Of a stretch of DNA of 64,000 nt, positions 1-13,327 are shown in pieces. The DNA comes from Paraspadella gotoi (Eukaryota > Animalia > Chaetognatha), in assembly GCA_051294375.1 (NCBI GenBank), contig CM119268.1, positions 13,589,037 through 13,653,036 of the forward strand. Reading direction: 5' to 3'. Numbering within the stretch: position 1 is the first letter of the stretch; the number at the start of each line of letters is the position of its first letter. Made by a program: the position numbers and the translations under genes. The notes under the pieces were generated by a model, which was given only the letters and a program-made list of their open reading frames with translations, was not told the DNA's origin and did no database searches.

Positions 1-323
1 ATATCTTGTAATATTTATTCAGTCAAATTTAGACATACTTACTCACATAGGCTCAACAAAAATCATTTTGAATTCATTTAGTTGCCAGGTATACCCAAAA
101 GCTTCTGGCGAACTTGAGTCGTCAGAAGCTCTTCATATCTATCCAGTGATGAAATAGAGCTCACTCGCTCCCTTGTTGACTTGTTGACTCACCATTCGAG
201 TGTTGCCTCACCCGATGACTCGGCTCGTTTGTACCCACGCTTCGACGCAGCCTCGATCTCCGCCGCGGCCGCGCGGAGCCGCTTCTTCCGCGCAACCTCG
301 AAATTGCTCAATCCCAGTCAGCA

Positions 324-362
<39 letters not shown>

Positions 363-1502
363 GCGAGGAAAAACATGCTGCCAGCGACGTTAATGGATCC
401 TCGAATATTTTTTTTCGGCCCGGGAGGATTGTGGATATAATCGCGATTTTCGGAGTGGGTGGCGTCATGGCGGCGCCGCCGTTGTTGTCGTTGTTATGGT
501 TATTGTTATTGCTGAGAGTTGTAGCGAGAACAAAGGCGTGAAACAACCTTTTTCGATGTGTTTTGAATAACAATCTAATTTTTTAAATTTTTGAATTGCA
601 ATTATGAAATAAAATAATAAGTACAAAGGTGAAACTGAAGTTAACTAAAAATATCTTTAGCTGGCCAGTGGCCAAGTTAGGGGTAGCTGAGAAAAAGTTT
701 GGTTTGCTACGTGTACAATGTTTAATGTGTACAATGTTAAAACTTTTGTTTTATGATTCCAGATTTCAGATTCCATTCATTGATGCTAGGAAAAGTTAGT
801 ATAAGCTGTTATTTAATGAACATGTCATCCAAATGTTTTGTTTAGACTTTCTGTTTTCGTTTTTTTTTTTTTTTTGCACGTTTTTTTAACTTCTCTCAAT
901 TCCTATAGCGTTGGCCACTTTTTCAATCCGGCGGGGTCACCCTTTCTCCCATTCATCCTGGCAATCGCGCCTCCAGAATGGCCGCCTCGTCTCCGAGATA
1001 AGAAGCGGGATTCAATCGCGCGTCTCGACCAACCGACAAGGAGACCGACAAAGAAACCGACAAAGAAACCGACATGGTCCATTTCGTCACCGTCAAAATA
1101 TATAATATTTCGCAAATGTGAGTTAAGAGAAGGAAACGCCTACGTCGCTTTTAAAACGTTTCTTTGGAATAACGAAGATTTAATTTTTGTATTCGATTAC
1201 GGCAATTTTTATTTTTATTTACAATAAAACATTAAATAAAAATTGCAAATTGAATTAACCTGAAAATTATATATCTTGAATTCAATATTTCATCGCTAAG
1301 AAGTATACAAATGTCATTTTTTAATCCATTTCGTCTCAACGGTAAATCGAGGAGACACGAAGTTCAAACCGAATTCACCATCGGATATTCTTATTTCCAG
1401 GCGATTCTCCAAATTTAAACGACCCGCGTTTTACCGTTGGCTCTTTGGTTAATCGGTTATCCCAACTGTCGCCTCCAAACCTCCATCCACCAACCGTCTC
1501 AC

Positions 1503-2320
1503 CTTATCTTGGTGATTGTGGACCCGTTGGGCGGGTCGCAACAAAACTTGCAGATGAGGAGAATCGCGAAGACGAGGACGACGCAGCCGAAGGCTCCGGC
1601 GGCGACGACGAAGACGGTGGCGAAGGGCGACGCCGAAATGGACGGGTGCAGCGCCACCTGGAAGCAAAAGGGGGCGAAGGGTGGAGGTCAGGGCTTGGAT
1701 CGAAAGGAGGCGTGGAGGCCATGAAGTGGGGGGGGGAAAAGAGGAGGAAAGAAGAAAATATGAAAAGAAAAGTAAGGAAGTCGATGTGAGGAAAAGTGAG
1801 TAAAAAAATCTTGGAGGTTATTGACCTTTTTTTTTTTAAGATTGCGATTATCATAAGTTTGTCGTTGGAGTTCAAATCTCAAAGGTTAACGCCCAGAATC
1901 TTATACAAAATCGACTAAGAAGATAAAAATGGTAGAAATATCAAAAACGACGAGACGAAGGTAACAATTGGGAATTTTCGAAATGAAAGCGCGACGAAGT
2001 TAAATTATAAATCGAATCGCCTGCCCGAGAGTCTGACATGCAGAGATTCACCCGAGATTTTTGAAAATTTGGAGGACGATTCTTCGATGACAAGTGGTCA
2101 CCTTTAAACTAGGTCGATTTTCCGTCCATCTCTCTCTCTTACCGACCCCGGAAGACTATCAAACTCTTGTGGACTCTCGTGGACTCTTGTGGACTCTTGT
2201 GGACTCTTGTGGACTCTTGTGGACTCTTGTGGACTCTTGTGGACTCTTGTGGACTCTTGTGGACTCTCGCGGACTCTCGTGGACTCTTACTCTGCAACTT
2301 GTTGCGTCCAAACTCTCCAT
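1503..2320 (-). CDS. Putative single-pass membrane protein, 5' exons (gene probably continues toward position 1)
   Basis: Exons 2320-2291 (MESLDATSCR, donor gtaaga) and 1657-1503 (acceptor ttccag, donor gtgaga) join in frame. They encode a hydrophobic helix FATVFVVAAGAFGCVVLVFAILLI followed by a Cys cluster CKFCC. GC-rich exon-like segments near 940-1024, 361-520 and 193-310 could not be joined confidently. No family recognised. Confidence 0.4.
2163..2288. repeat. 10-bp minisatellite (GGACTCTTGT)n, about 12 copies
   Basis: Directly visible tandem array, immediately inside the intron after the 2291 donor. Confidence 0.95.
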
Positions 2321-3067
2321 AATTGTGAAGACAACTCGGCCAGCCTCCGTTTTTTAGATCGACGCTTTAAACCTTTTCTCTTTCATGATATAAATTTATA
2401 ATTATTACCGTTTAAAAGTGTTCATTGTTTAACTCCTTTTACATTGTATTTAGTGTATCTTAAGCCTGTTTAAAATAATTATTTTCTTTACCACTTTAAA
2501 ATCTTATTCTGTCGTGATTTAAAGTATCACTATGATCCCAACCAGAACGTCATACTTCACAAGTGACCCCCTTCTGCATTTTTGCTTGTAAGCATTTACT
2601 GCCACTTTAAATCTTCACCACCGCTTGGTTACCAGACAACCGCATTTTATTCGACCCTCAGCGATTCCACTCTTCACAACTGTTTCTTTCACAAGCGACG
2701 GCTTCGCGCTTCACATCCTCGTCCCGGGATTCTTTCAGTTTCTCAAATGAAAAAAAAAGCTCTGACTCGCTAATAAATTCCACTCTTGTTTTGTTGTGTT
2801 TTGTTTCGCTCTCTCTCTCTCGCTCTCTCTCTCTCTTTCTCACTCAATATCTCGCATTCCCTCTCTTTTTTAAGCTTCTCTTCGCTTAGCACAGAGCGGA
2901 ATAACGAGAGAGAGAGNNNNNNNNNNAGAGAGAGAGACATAATCAGATACTCTGAAATTTTTAAAATTTGAATAGTTGAATGAAAACCCCGATTCGATTT
3001 AGTACATGTATACAGGATTCGTGTTCCCTTGAGAAATAATCTAATCCCAGTTGCAACCATCGTCGTT

Positions 3068-3126
<59 letters not shown>

Positions 3127-5222
3127 TATTGCGTTCTCGTCGTCGTCGTCATCGTCGTCGTCTTTCCAATTGCTAAAAACTTAAAAATTATACTGTATTA
3201 AATTAAGAAAATTTATGGAAAGATTCGTAATTACGTATCCTCCCCGGCAAAGATTAAAAATGAAAAAGAAAGAATGAATGATATTGAAAAATAACAACAA
3301 ATCAATTAACAAATCAATCAAAGCTTCATTTCATGTAAATTTCTTCGGGCAGAAATTCCCTCCCAACTTTATTCCTTCTCGCGTCAACCTCCATCTCCCG
3401 TCAAGTCATCGAGCCTGAGATTTCTCCCTCACTTTGGCCCCAATTCAATGATTCCTCCTACTCTTCCTCCTCCTCCTCCTCCTCCTCCTCTTGCTTCCCC
3501 TATAGGAGGCGGATATTAAGTTAAAAGCCGGAAGTAAGACTAAGAAAGAAAACTGGGCGAGGAAATGGAAAAGGGAAAGCGTCCTCTTTTGGGAAACGAG
3601 CAAAACAAATCAAAGCTTCATTTACAAACACAAAAAGGTCTTTTTATCACAAACAAACAAACGAACAAAGCAACGAACGGAGAAGAAACATACGTTTTTT
3701 GATTTATTTTCAACTTTCAAATTAATTGAAGAATCTAAAAACGGTGAGGAAACTTGTACTTGGTTTCACGAAAAAAAAAATGTCGTTTGACAACCGATTT
3801 TATCTGCGGCATTTTTTTTTCGCTATGGAAATCCGTTGGGGTTTTTTCAAAGATAATAGATTGTTGTTTATATGAAAAAAGGGGGGAAAAAATTGCTGTT
3901 TGCTCAAAGGGTGTCAGTCGAAGCGAAAATAAATAAAACCCGGCGGAATCGAAAAATAAATGGTCATAAAAAAATGGATAAAAACGGGAATAAAAAAAAA
4001 ACAACAAACCGAAACCATTAGAAAAAAAAAACCCAGACAATAAAAGATGAAGAGGCGCGACATACGAGGAAAAAACAGAAATAAAAAAGGATAAAACGAA
4101 AGGAAAAGAGAAAAAAAGGATAGAAAAAAATGGGGAATGATGGAGAAATGAGGAATAAAGAAATGAAGAACGTTCCCGGGAAAATATAGATAGGAAAAAA
4201 AAAGAAAAAAATAACGAGAATGAATAGAAAGGAAGAGAAAAATTATGCGGGTTTCGATAAAAAATATGAGCGTGATAGCAATATTTTATGAATTAGACGG
4301 TTCATGCAGACTTCATGAGAAGCCTTGATTAAAAACTAAGGTTTTTTCTTACTGATACTCAAAATCTAAATATAAACATAAAGCACAAGTAAAAACTAAA
4401 ATTAAAGCTTTGTCTTAAGCTTGAGCGTGTTTCACGTTAATGAAAGGGCATTGCGATCGACTGTAATTTTCACTTCCATCGCGTGACGTCACTTGACTCG
4501 AACAAACTCATCCTGAGTCTAATTATCGTCGACCAAGAGAAAGACTGACCGACCGAAGAAAGATGAGACGAGACAATGAATGAGAGGAGAAGAGATGAAG
4601 TGATGAGAGATAGAGAGAACAGAGAAGGGAGAAGAGTAGAGAGGCAATGAGAGGAGATGTGATGAAAACAATTTAAAAAAGGAAAGGAAATTGAAAATTA
4701 CCCTCTAGGAAAAAAAGTATATCAAATTTTTAGTAGAGTATATCTACTCGAAAACTTATTTGATTAAAAAAAAAATAAAAATATTTCCGAATTGACATTA
4801 AATTTTTTTACAGAAGCTTTCTTACATTTTTTTTGTAGCTCAAATCGTTTAGAAGTTACAGGCAAAAAAAGACCAATATTTTATATATTTTTTATTAAAT
4901 ATATAAACTTTTTAACAATTATGTGAAAAAGGAAAAAAAAAGGAAGAATGTATAAAATATGGCGCCAAAAAAGAAACTAATTCTGAAAGACTGTAAATGT
5001 TTCATAAAATTTTAAAATTAATTATTAAAAGGGAGAGATATAATTTGTCTTTTTAAAAAAATCAACTTTATCGTTCCGTAATTAGTCTTATTTGGTCGTT
5101 TCTCACTTTCGTTGCTTCAAGTTCAAAAAGCGTTTATTTTATTTTTATTTATTTATTTTTTTGTGCGCCGCGTATAAATCGTTATGGAATCCAAAGGGGG
5201 GAGCAGAGAGAGAGAGAGGAGA

Positions 5223-5260
<38 letters not shown>

Positions 5261-5894
5261 AACGAGAGAGAGAGAGAGAGAGAGAGGGCAGAGGGTAGAG
5301 AGAGAGAGAGAGAGAAGAGAGAGAGAGACCTGGCGACGATTTTTCGCGAAATCCATTTAACATTCAACAAGAAAACTTCTCTCCTCTCTTACTCTCTCTC
5401 GTCCATCTCTTCTGCTCATTCTCTCCTCTCGTCTTCTTCTCTGTTCTTCTCTCCCTCTCCACTTCTCCCTACTGCTAGTGTCTCTTTCTCGCCTTGAATA
5501 TCCTGGCCCTAACTTGAACAGCCTTACCTTAAAGAGATCTCTCTGTCCAATTTATCTTTATCTCGGTCCTGCGTTTGAAAAGTTCGCGTCATATTCTTTC
5601 CGTCTCGCAAAATTGTGGACATTTGCTGACGTCTCGGGTTCCATTCGGCGTTGAGGGGCGGACACGAGACGGCTACCTCGCGGGTTCGATCCTTAGCTTC
5701 TTCGTTCATTCAATTTTTATTATACTTTTTTGTGTTGTTTTCTGGTTTTCGTTTGTTTTATCGCGGAAATTTTTTTTTTATTCTCTGGTTCTTCCTAAGA
5801 AACCAAATTCTTTCTCGTGCGAATTTTTAAGGTTGTTTCTTGAATGGAAGAAAAGCTAAAAAAACCATTTTAATTGGTGAGCACACGCGGAAGC

Positions 5895-5925
<31 letters not shown>

Positions 5926-7930
5926 AGAGAGGAGAGAAAAGAGAGAGAGAGAGAGAGAAGAGAAGAGAGAAGAGAGAGAGAGAAGACGCCATAAACGGAG
6001 TGGCGTGAGCGCTGGTTCGTCGGTGGGGATCGCGAGGTTCGACGAAAGAGCGAGTTTCGTTTTCGAAAACCAGTAGAATTTTAACAGGAGAGACACAGAG
6101 GTGATGAGTGGATGATGAGGAGAGAGGTAGAGAGGACAGAGAGAGAGACAAGTTCGTCGAGCGGAAGAGTTTTAGTTTATCCACGAAGGTCGGAGTTCGA
6201 AGAAATGAGGAAAGCAGCTTTAACTTTTTTCTGTGTCTCGTTTCGGTTTTCCAACTTTTTTTGTCTCTTGCAACATTTCATTATTTTCACGTTTTGTTCT
6301 CAATTTTCATTACCTCTCTTACTACGTTTAAATCGCGCTCGAGTGAGGTAACAAATCTAAAATATTATTTCAAGATTTTTTCCACTGGAATTTTTGAATA
6401 CATTAACTCGCATTTACCAAAATACATTCGTAAACTTTTTTGCCATATCTTTTGCTCGATCAATGCCACTTCCCATTTTTTTTGCCATCTCTTTTGCTCG
6501 ATCAATGCCACTTTCGCTTTTTCTTTGCTTTTCCTTTTCTCATTTCTTTTCTGGAATGAGGATCCTTGAAATTTTTTTTTTTTTCTGCCATTTTAGTCAC
6601 ACAGCCAGTTCACGTTATCTCAATTATTATTAAGAGTTTAAACGACAGGTATTTCTCTCCATTTACTCTCTCTCTCTCTCTCTCTCTCATCTCTCTCTCG
6701 TTCATCTGCTTCGTCATCTCTCTCTTCTCTCTCTCTCTCCGTCCCTCTTTCTCTACTCTAGCCATTTCCCTTTTCTCTCCGGCGGCGGTCTTGTTTTCCT
6801 TTCTCCATTCACTTCTTGTTTTTTTTTTCTGTCAACACTTTCTCCCTCTTCTATCCTAGGTACTCATACAGGTTATGTCCGCAATTAATATTCTATTCTT
6901 TTTCGGTATTTTTTTCTTCCTTTCTTCCTTCATTTTATTTCTTTCTTTAATTCTCTTTTAATGATTTACACCGCTTCCTTTTTTGTACTTCCTTCCTAGT
7001 TTTTCCCCTTTTTCTCCACCCCCCCCTTCCCTCCCCCGCCTTCTACTCTTTTCCATTCGGCGAATATTTATGTTCGCGAGTAAAATCGATGACGAATGAA
7101 AAAACGCTCAGAAAAAAAGTTCGAATATGACAGCTTAAAGTATTCATAAACTCATTCGAAAATGGGACAAAAACATGGCACTAAAACACGAGTAATAATT
7201 TCAGAGACATTATGATGAAGACCAAGTTCGTTAATTTGAATATGAACTATGCGTTTAAAAATTAACGTTTATAAATGCATATTCCGTACAGCGAAAATTC
7301 ATATCGTTAAAGAAAAAAAATATTTGTAAATCTAAAATATCTTAAACCAAATTGACTACAAAACTCTATTGCGAAGGACAAAATGTACTAAGAAACTAAA
7401 TTTGTGTTTGACTGCATTTGAGAATCTCCTCATTAACTGTAAAAAGCTTCACCAATCTATCGCCCGGCAATAAAGAAAGAAAAGTCAAAAAGTTCCTCTT
7501 TTTTTTCTTTTTCTGAAAGGCGCCGCCATTTTTTTTTCGTCCCGATCGCTCGACTTTTTTTACTTTTTTTTACGTCGTTTCTCCGTCTGTCGTCAATTTT
7601 GTTTGGATTAAAGTCATTAAACGATATTGATTTTGAAAAAACTTATCCATCTATTTACTTTCTCTCTATTACGTTAAATCGTCAGCAAAAACGATTTGGT
7701 TTTGCCACAAGAATATGAGATAAGTACGAAACCAAGCGTGAAAGAGAACGTCAGTTAACGCAACGACTTTGACGCTCATTTTTATGGTTGGTCGCTTTTT
7801 CATATACAGATCACGAATTCACGATGNNNNNNNNNNTTCACTTATATCATGTTAGAAAATCGAATTATGATAAATTATGCTTAGAGAAAGACAAAGTTTA
7901 TTTGTTTATGTACAACGATTTATTTTTACA

Positions 7931-7972
7931 TAGGACATGTTTCGGCTTTAAGTATAAGCCTTGATTCGCTAA
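7931..7972 (-). ncRNA. Degenerate minimal type I hammerhead motif (Penelope-like element remnant)
   Basis: Minus strand reads tag-CGAATCA-a-ggctt-atactta-aagcc-GAAAC-AT-GTC-cta. Stems I and II and the GAAACATGTC block are intact, but the CUGAUGA box has three substitutions. Confidence 0.5.
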
Positions 7973-7974
7973 AT

Positions 7975-8300
7975 TATGCAAAAAAAAAACGATGTCCGTC
8001 CGTCTGTCTGTCCGTCCGTCCGTCCCACCTTAGCAAAAAACACCAATTACTCGTGATTGGATGGATGGATTGGAATGAAATTTTGTGTGTGGGTAGGGAA
8101 ATGTTTGATTGAGCTGGATATGAAGTTTCGATGGAATCGAATGGAGTGTATGGGGCGATTGACTTGAAATTTTGTATTTGGGTAGAAAAGTGTGTGATTA
8201 AACTGGAAATCAAGTTTTGATGGAATCGTTTGGAAAAATGAGTTTAAATGGAAAAAAACAAAAAAACCTGTTTCACTTATTGATTATGCTTCTATTTCTT
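7975..8300 (+). mobile_element. DINE-1/HINE-like non-autonomous Helentron-type element (fragment)
   Basis: (GTCY)n microsatellite gtccgtccgtctgtctgtccgtccgtccgtc at about 7994-8024, followed by two related GATT..TGAAATTTTGT..TGGGTAG blocks. This architecture is typical of DINE-1/HINE elements. Confidence 0.5.
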
Positions 8301-8908
8301 TTTTTTTTAAATGTAAATGCAAGATGTATCAATTAATCCAATAATTAATAAGTTAATTAATCAATTAGTCAATTATTTAATCAATAATTAATGAATCAGT
8401 CAATTAATCAATCAAAACAAACATTTCGGTTCAAATTAATTAATTAATTGCTTAATTAATTAAATAATTAACTTGAATAAATTAATTATTAATTAATTAA
8501 TTAATTACCGATAATGATCGTGGGCAGAACAGACATTGTTTGCTCAAACTTGTTCATATACAAATCACGATGTACTCGATAAAACAAATTTATTGAACGA
8601 GCCTTTTTATTATTCCAGAAAGTGGGAGAACAGTAACAAAAAAAAATAACTTAATCACTGACCATTTGACTTTCCATTCAACTTATAGTTTGATCTACTT
8701 TTCAATTTCGAAATTTAATAGTAAAGGCCGGGGTAACAGGAGACGCAGAAAAAGAAAAGAGAAAAAATCGGAAGTACCCTACCCTTTAAACATTCACAAG
8801 TCGTCGTCGTCCACGTTGGCGTGAAACGACGTCTTTTCTCGATTCACTGACCGGAAGTTGGCCGTCATTTCTGGTCAGCGTCACTTTCCCATTGAGAGGA
8901 GGACGACT

Positions 8909-8928
8909 TTAACGGCAGCGGCGGGTGT

Positions 8929-8964
<36 letters not shown>

Positions 8965-9822
8965 AATGACGAATTAAAAAAGTAGCGAAGGGGTCAACCG
9001 AAGAAAACGAAGAGAACTCTTTTATTTTTCCCAGTTTTTCTTCAATTCTTTTTCTTTTCTTGACTTCTGAGTCGCTTGTCCCTTTTTTTTTAAAAAGAAG
9101 TACAAGCGAACCGAAGACGAGGACGGCGACGAGAAAAGCGACGACGAAAATGACAACGACGAAGACGACGGCGTGGAATTCGTGGGCAGATCGATTCTCC
9201 AATGTTGACCAACTAATTCCGAGGAGGATCACTTTTCATCGCTGAGATTAGCTGACCGCAAAAAAAAAAATAAATAAATAAGTAAAATAAAAAATAAAAA
9301 CAAGGCCTCGTCGAAGTCAACGGGAGAGGGCGTTGAAAATGAAAATCATAAATTTACGAGGAACATAGGATAAAATAATATGACCACCAGACTTGCCCAC
9401 AATGTATAAAATAAAGGTGCACATCGAAAACAATAAGCCGTCGCGCAGGCAGGCGCTCCCTTCAACCTTTCCACCAAACTTTTATATACTCAAGAGAACT
9501 CGGAATGAAAAGACATCGGCGTTCAAGTTTGATTTTAGATTAAATATCAAAAACAAGTTTGACAGAAATCGGATCAAGATTCATTATACAATATACGTTT
9601 AAGTAAATAATTTTTACGATTAAAGAATGACCAAATCAGATTTCTCAAAACACCGGAGAGCTCGTTGACCAAGACGGTGGCATTCGTGTCATAAAAGCTA
9701 ATGACAAAAACGCTCATGACAACGACGCTCCTGACCGATAAAGACTCGCCGACAAATGAAGTTAAAGCCGTCGGCGTTTCGACAATGACCCAAGACGGCG
9801 CCCCAATTCCATCGAGCTCCAT
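8909..9822 (-). CDS. Putative orphan multi-pass membrane protein (partial model)
   Basis: Exon 9478-9397 (GC donor gcaagt) joins in frame to an exon starting at 9231 (AAG acceptor), giving LLFSMCTFILYIVVILLGISW...AVVFVVVIFVVAFLVAVLVFGSLVLLF-KKK, i.e. two TM helices and a basic stop-transfer. The upstream ORF 9822-9574 may be the first exon, but the junction is unresolved. Confidence 0.35.
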
Positions 9823-10157
9823 CGAGGTCGTTCCATCGATATATAAAAAAGTTTTCTTTTCGAATATAATCTCCTGATCCTCGGTATTTCCGGGACACGC
9901 AAGCCGATACCCATTTCTCTCTCTCCCTCTCTCCCTCTCTCTCTCTCTCGTCTCGCCGTATCCGTAGTTTCATTCATATATTATACTCTCTCTCTCTCTT
10001 CTCCTTCTCTCTTCTCTCTTCTCGTCTCTCTCTCTCTCTCTTCTCTCTCTTCTCTTCATCACTCTCTTCTTGCCCTCTCCTTTCTTTCGACTTTTCTCAT
10101 CTCTCTGCCTCCTCCTCTTTCTCTCTCCTCTCTCTCTTCTCTTCCTCTCTCTCTCTC

Positions 10158-10192
<35 letters not shown>

Positions 10193-10998
10193 AATATAAT
10201 ATATATATATATATATATCTTTTTTTATAGTTTTTTTTTTTAATTTGCGATTTAATCCCAATGGAGATGAAGGAGTCGCGCTTTTTCGCTTTTTTCTTTT
10301 TCGTCGCGAGGCTGAGCTTCGTTTTTTTCCTCGCAAGGTCTATAGGGTGTAGAAGTTAATTTACTGATTTTTTAATGAATAAAGACAAATGTAGATAGTT
10401 GGACTAACAAGAGAGAACCATTATTTTTGAGTTAATATCATCGTTGTTGAGTAATTAAAATTTAAGATTGATAGCATTTTATCGGACTACAAACTTAACG
10501 ATTACGAGAGGTGGAATTAGCATTGCTTTAAGAAATCCAGGACAGGACTGTATTTTTTATAGGTTAAAAAAAAACGATCTTGAGAGAGTTAGGCAAATTA
10601 AACATTATATCGTGGCTCCCCTCGTGATTTATTTTCCATTACATTCTTGCGACAACATTAGATCAACTTTAAGGCAAGATGATAGACTCAAAGGATTAGA
10701 CAAAAAAATCTCTCGGGATGATAAGTCAAGAAGATGGCGTCAAGAATGAAATAAAAAAAAAAATGTCGTCACGAAAAGAGATTTCGCCGGAATCAAAATG
10801 TGCGAATAATTCAGACAAAATAAACCCGAAGATTTGCGAAAGTTCAAAGGGAAACTCACAAAATAAGACGAGGGAAAAAAAATGCAAATTGTTCGTTCTA
10901 AATTGTTCTGCTCTTGGAGTATGAAAAAGTTAACGAGTTACGATTAAACTTTGCACTTCGAAGCCTTAAACCTGAAGTTCATCCCAAGCACAAAAGAT

Positions 10999-11072
10999 CC
11001 GGAAATTGGATGAGGGAAACCGGAGCCGGAAACGCAACGAATCGTGCGGAAATTGGCCGGAAGACCGGAAAC
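10999..11072. promoter_or_regulatory. Cluster of CGGAA (ETS-like) motifs in a GC-rich island
   Basis: Five (C/G)CGGAA cores within about 75 bp in an AT-rich background. Function is inferred only. Confidence 0.3.
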
Positions 11073-11368
11073 CGTTTTAGCCGCGAAATGGAACGCGGCG
11101 AGGAAACTAGAAAAGGTCGAGAAATGTCCCGCATTAAAAATGGGTGATTATAAAAAAGATACGAGGTTGGTTCAGTATTGAAACAGAAAGAAAAAGCGAC
11201 AAGGTAAAAATAAAATGACATAAAAAATCGTGAAAAGGTATCAAAAATAAAAAAAAAAATATTGGCGATGGAGTGATGAAAATATTGAGCGTTTGAACAA
11301 TATTTTTTTTGCTGCCTTTGTATATGAAATGAAAAATAATTGAGCCCTTTTATTAAAAAAAAATTCGT

Positions 11369-11747
11369 AACAGTATCATAAATTGAATTTTTTTATAGTA
11401 ATATCCTTATAAAATTATAAAATATCAAAATGATATTTTTTTTAATTTTAAGAAAGGTTTCAGATTCGCCGGAAAAAAATAAATAGTCGTAAAATATTTT
11501 TATGATCTTTCTATGTTAAAGCATCAGAAAATGAGTAAAACGTTTAATCATATAATAGATTCTACGACAGAGCATGAAAAAATGAATAATTTTAACCTTT
11601 ATAATTTTCGATAATATATTTTAAATTTTTTGATCTAACTTTTTTTAGAATAATCGGAATCTGTAATAAAAATTTGCAAAAAATTCATTTGAAAATTTAC
11701 CATTTATAAGGATATTAGTAGAAATATATTGTATTTATAATACTGTT
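11369..11747. mobile_element. AT-rich foldback/MITE-like remnant
   Basis: Inverted repeats aacagtatcataaat (11369) / atttataatactgtt (~11733) and aatatccttataaa (~11400) / tttataaggatatt (~11703). Confidence 0.4.
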
Positions 11748-11981
11748 CCCCTAACAATCTGAGAAAAAAATTTTTTATACTCGATAATCTTACTTTCTCA
11801 TATCTAAATTTCCTTGTTTATTCTTTTAGATAAAATTTTTGTTCTTGAGAGCTCCCCTCTAATATAATATATATATCTTCTAAAAAGTAAACAAATAAAA
11901 ACAAATATATTAGAAAAAAGAAGGGTTAAAGTTTGATCAGCTGGCATTGTAAATTACGAAAGACGTGACAAAAAAAAAAAA

Positions 11982-12280
11982 GATGGAAACCCTCGCAGGT
12001 GGTCAATTACAATAAAGATTAGCCTATGGCAACAGCTGGATTGCCTGTGATGCCCATTGGGATGGGACATCTCACTGTTGGCTTTGGGGGCTTCCGACCC
12101 CCGTCACTGGCGCTGTTAGCCTAGGACGGTTCGCTTTGCCAACGTAGAGGGAAGTCGTTAGGACTGTTAAGTGATGATAGAACACAACGCCAGGGATGGT
12201 GTGTTTCCCCTCTGAGCCAATGGGATTGGCTATTGGATGATGGACGTGAGGCGGTGTGAATATACCGCCACAAGCCAATA
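11982..12280 (+). repeat. Dispersed structured element, copy A (~290 bp)
   Basis: GC-elevated island after an A-run. Shares ordered blocks with 41912-42211 (-) and closer similarity with 50654-50822 (+). Contains several hairpins. Confidence 0.75.
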
Positions 12281-12689
12281 TTTAAGTAAAGAGTAATGTA
12301 AATTCATAACCAAAATTTGACAGGGAGAGAGGCACGAAGGTGATTGCGAATTTGAGTTTATAAACGCATCCATGTCTTCCTATTAATTGTGAGATTGTGA
12401 AAAACGTATTTAATGTTGGCTCTTCGATCGATTTGTCCAAAACAAAAGTACAAGGGATAAATAACAATAGCTTTTAAACCGATATATCCCTCTGACGGAA
12501 TAAAGAAGGAATCAATGGGCTTAATCGAGATTTATTTAGAAAATCCGTTCTTTCTACGACGGCGACAACTTTCTTCTACCGATCGACCGACCAACGAGCC
12601 AACATTAAAATGGAACGACGCATCTAAAAACTTGTGAAAAAAATAGTCGTGTACTTGGTTTTTAATTGTTGATTCTCAGATATATGAAG

Positions 12690-12757
<68 letters not shown>

Positions 12758-13006
12758 GACCTTCATTTTTCTTTACGTATTTTTCCGCGTTTTATTTCCA
12801 GGTTGGCAAACGGGGACCGTTTTTCCAACTGTTTAAGGAACTTTAATTTTTATAAAAAATGATGCAAACTAAGTTTGTTTATTTCTAAATCGTCGTATTT
12901 TTGTTTTGAGTTTCGCCGATAGATCGCCCATCGATCTCCGCTCTCCGCCGCCGGAAGGCGTGGAAAACTCGCGATTTGCCAAAGTGAAAATTCGAGAGTG
13001 TTTTCA

Positions 13007-13056
<50 letters not shown>

Positions 13057-13327
13057 TAGACGCTCGTCGGCGTCATCGCCGTCATCGTCGTCGTAATCGC
13101 TACGCCCCTCCTTTGCTGTCGACGATATAGTCGTCGTCACCGTCGTCAGAAACGCGTTATCACCGTCGCTATCGTCTCAGTTTTGGTCCGTATTGTCGTC
13201 GTCGGCGACGTCGTCGTCCGTGGGTCTCGTTTCGTCTCTCTTCGTTTTCACGCGAAAAATGCCAGGCGAAGTCTTTCTCTCTGCGCTCTCGCAACGCAGT
13301 AAAGACGCGAATTCGCAATGCCGGCTT

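Noticed and set aside
11982-12280. Assignment of the dispersed element to tRNA-SINE, HDV, twister or pistol ribozyme, or Helitron
   Set aside because: No A/B boxes or complete ribozyme core could be built. Hairpin+CTRR occurs only in copy B. Left unclassified.
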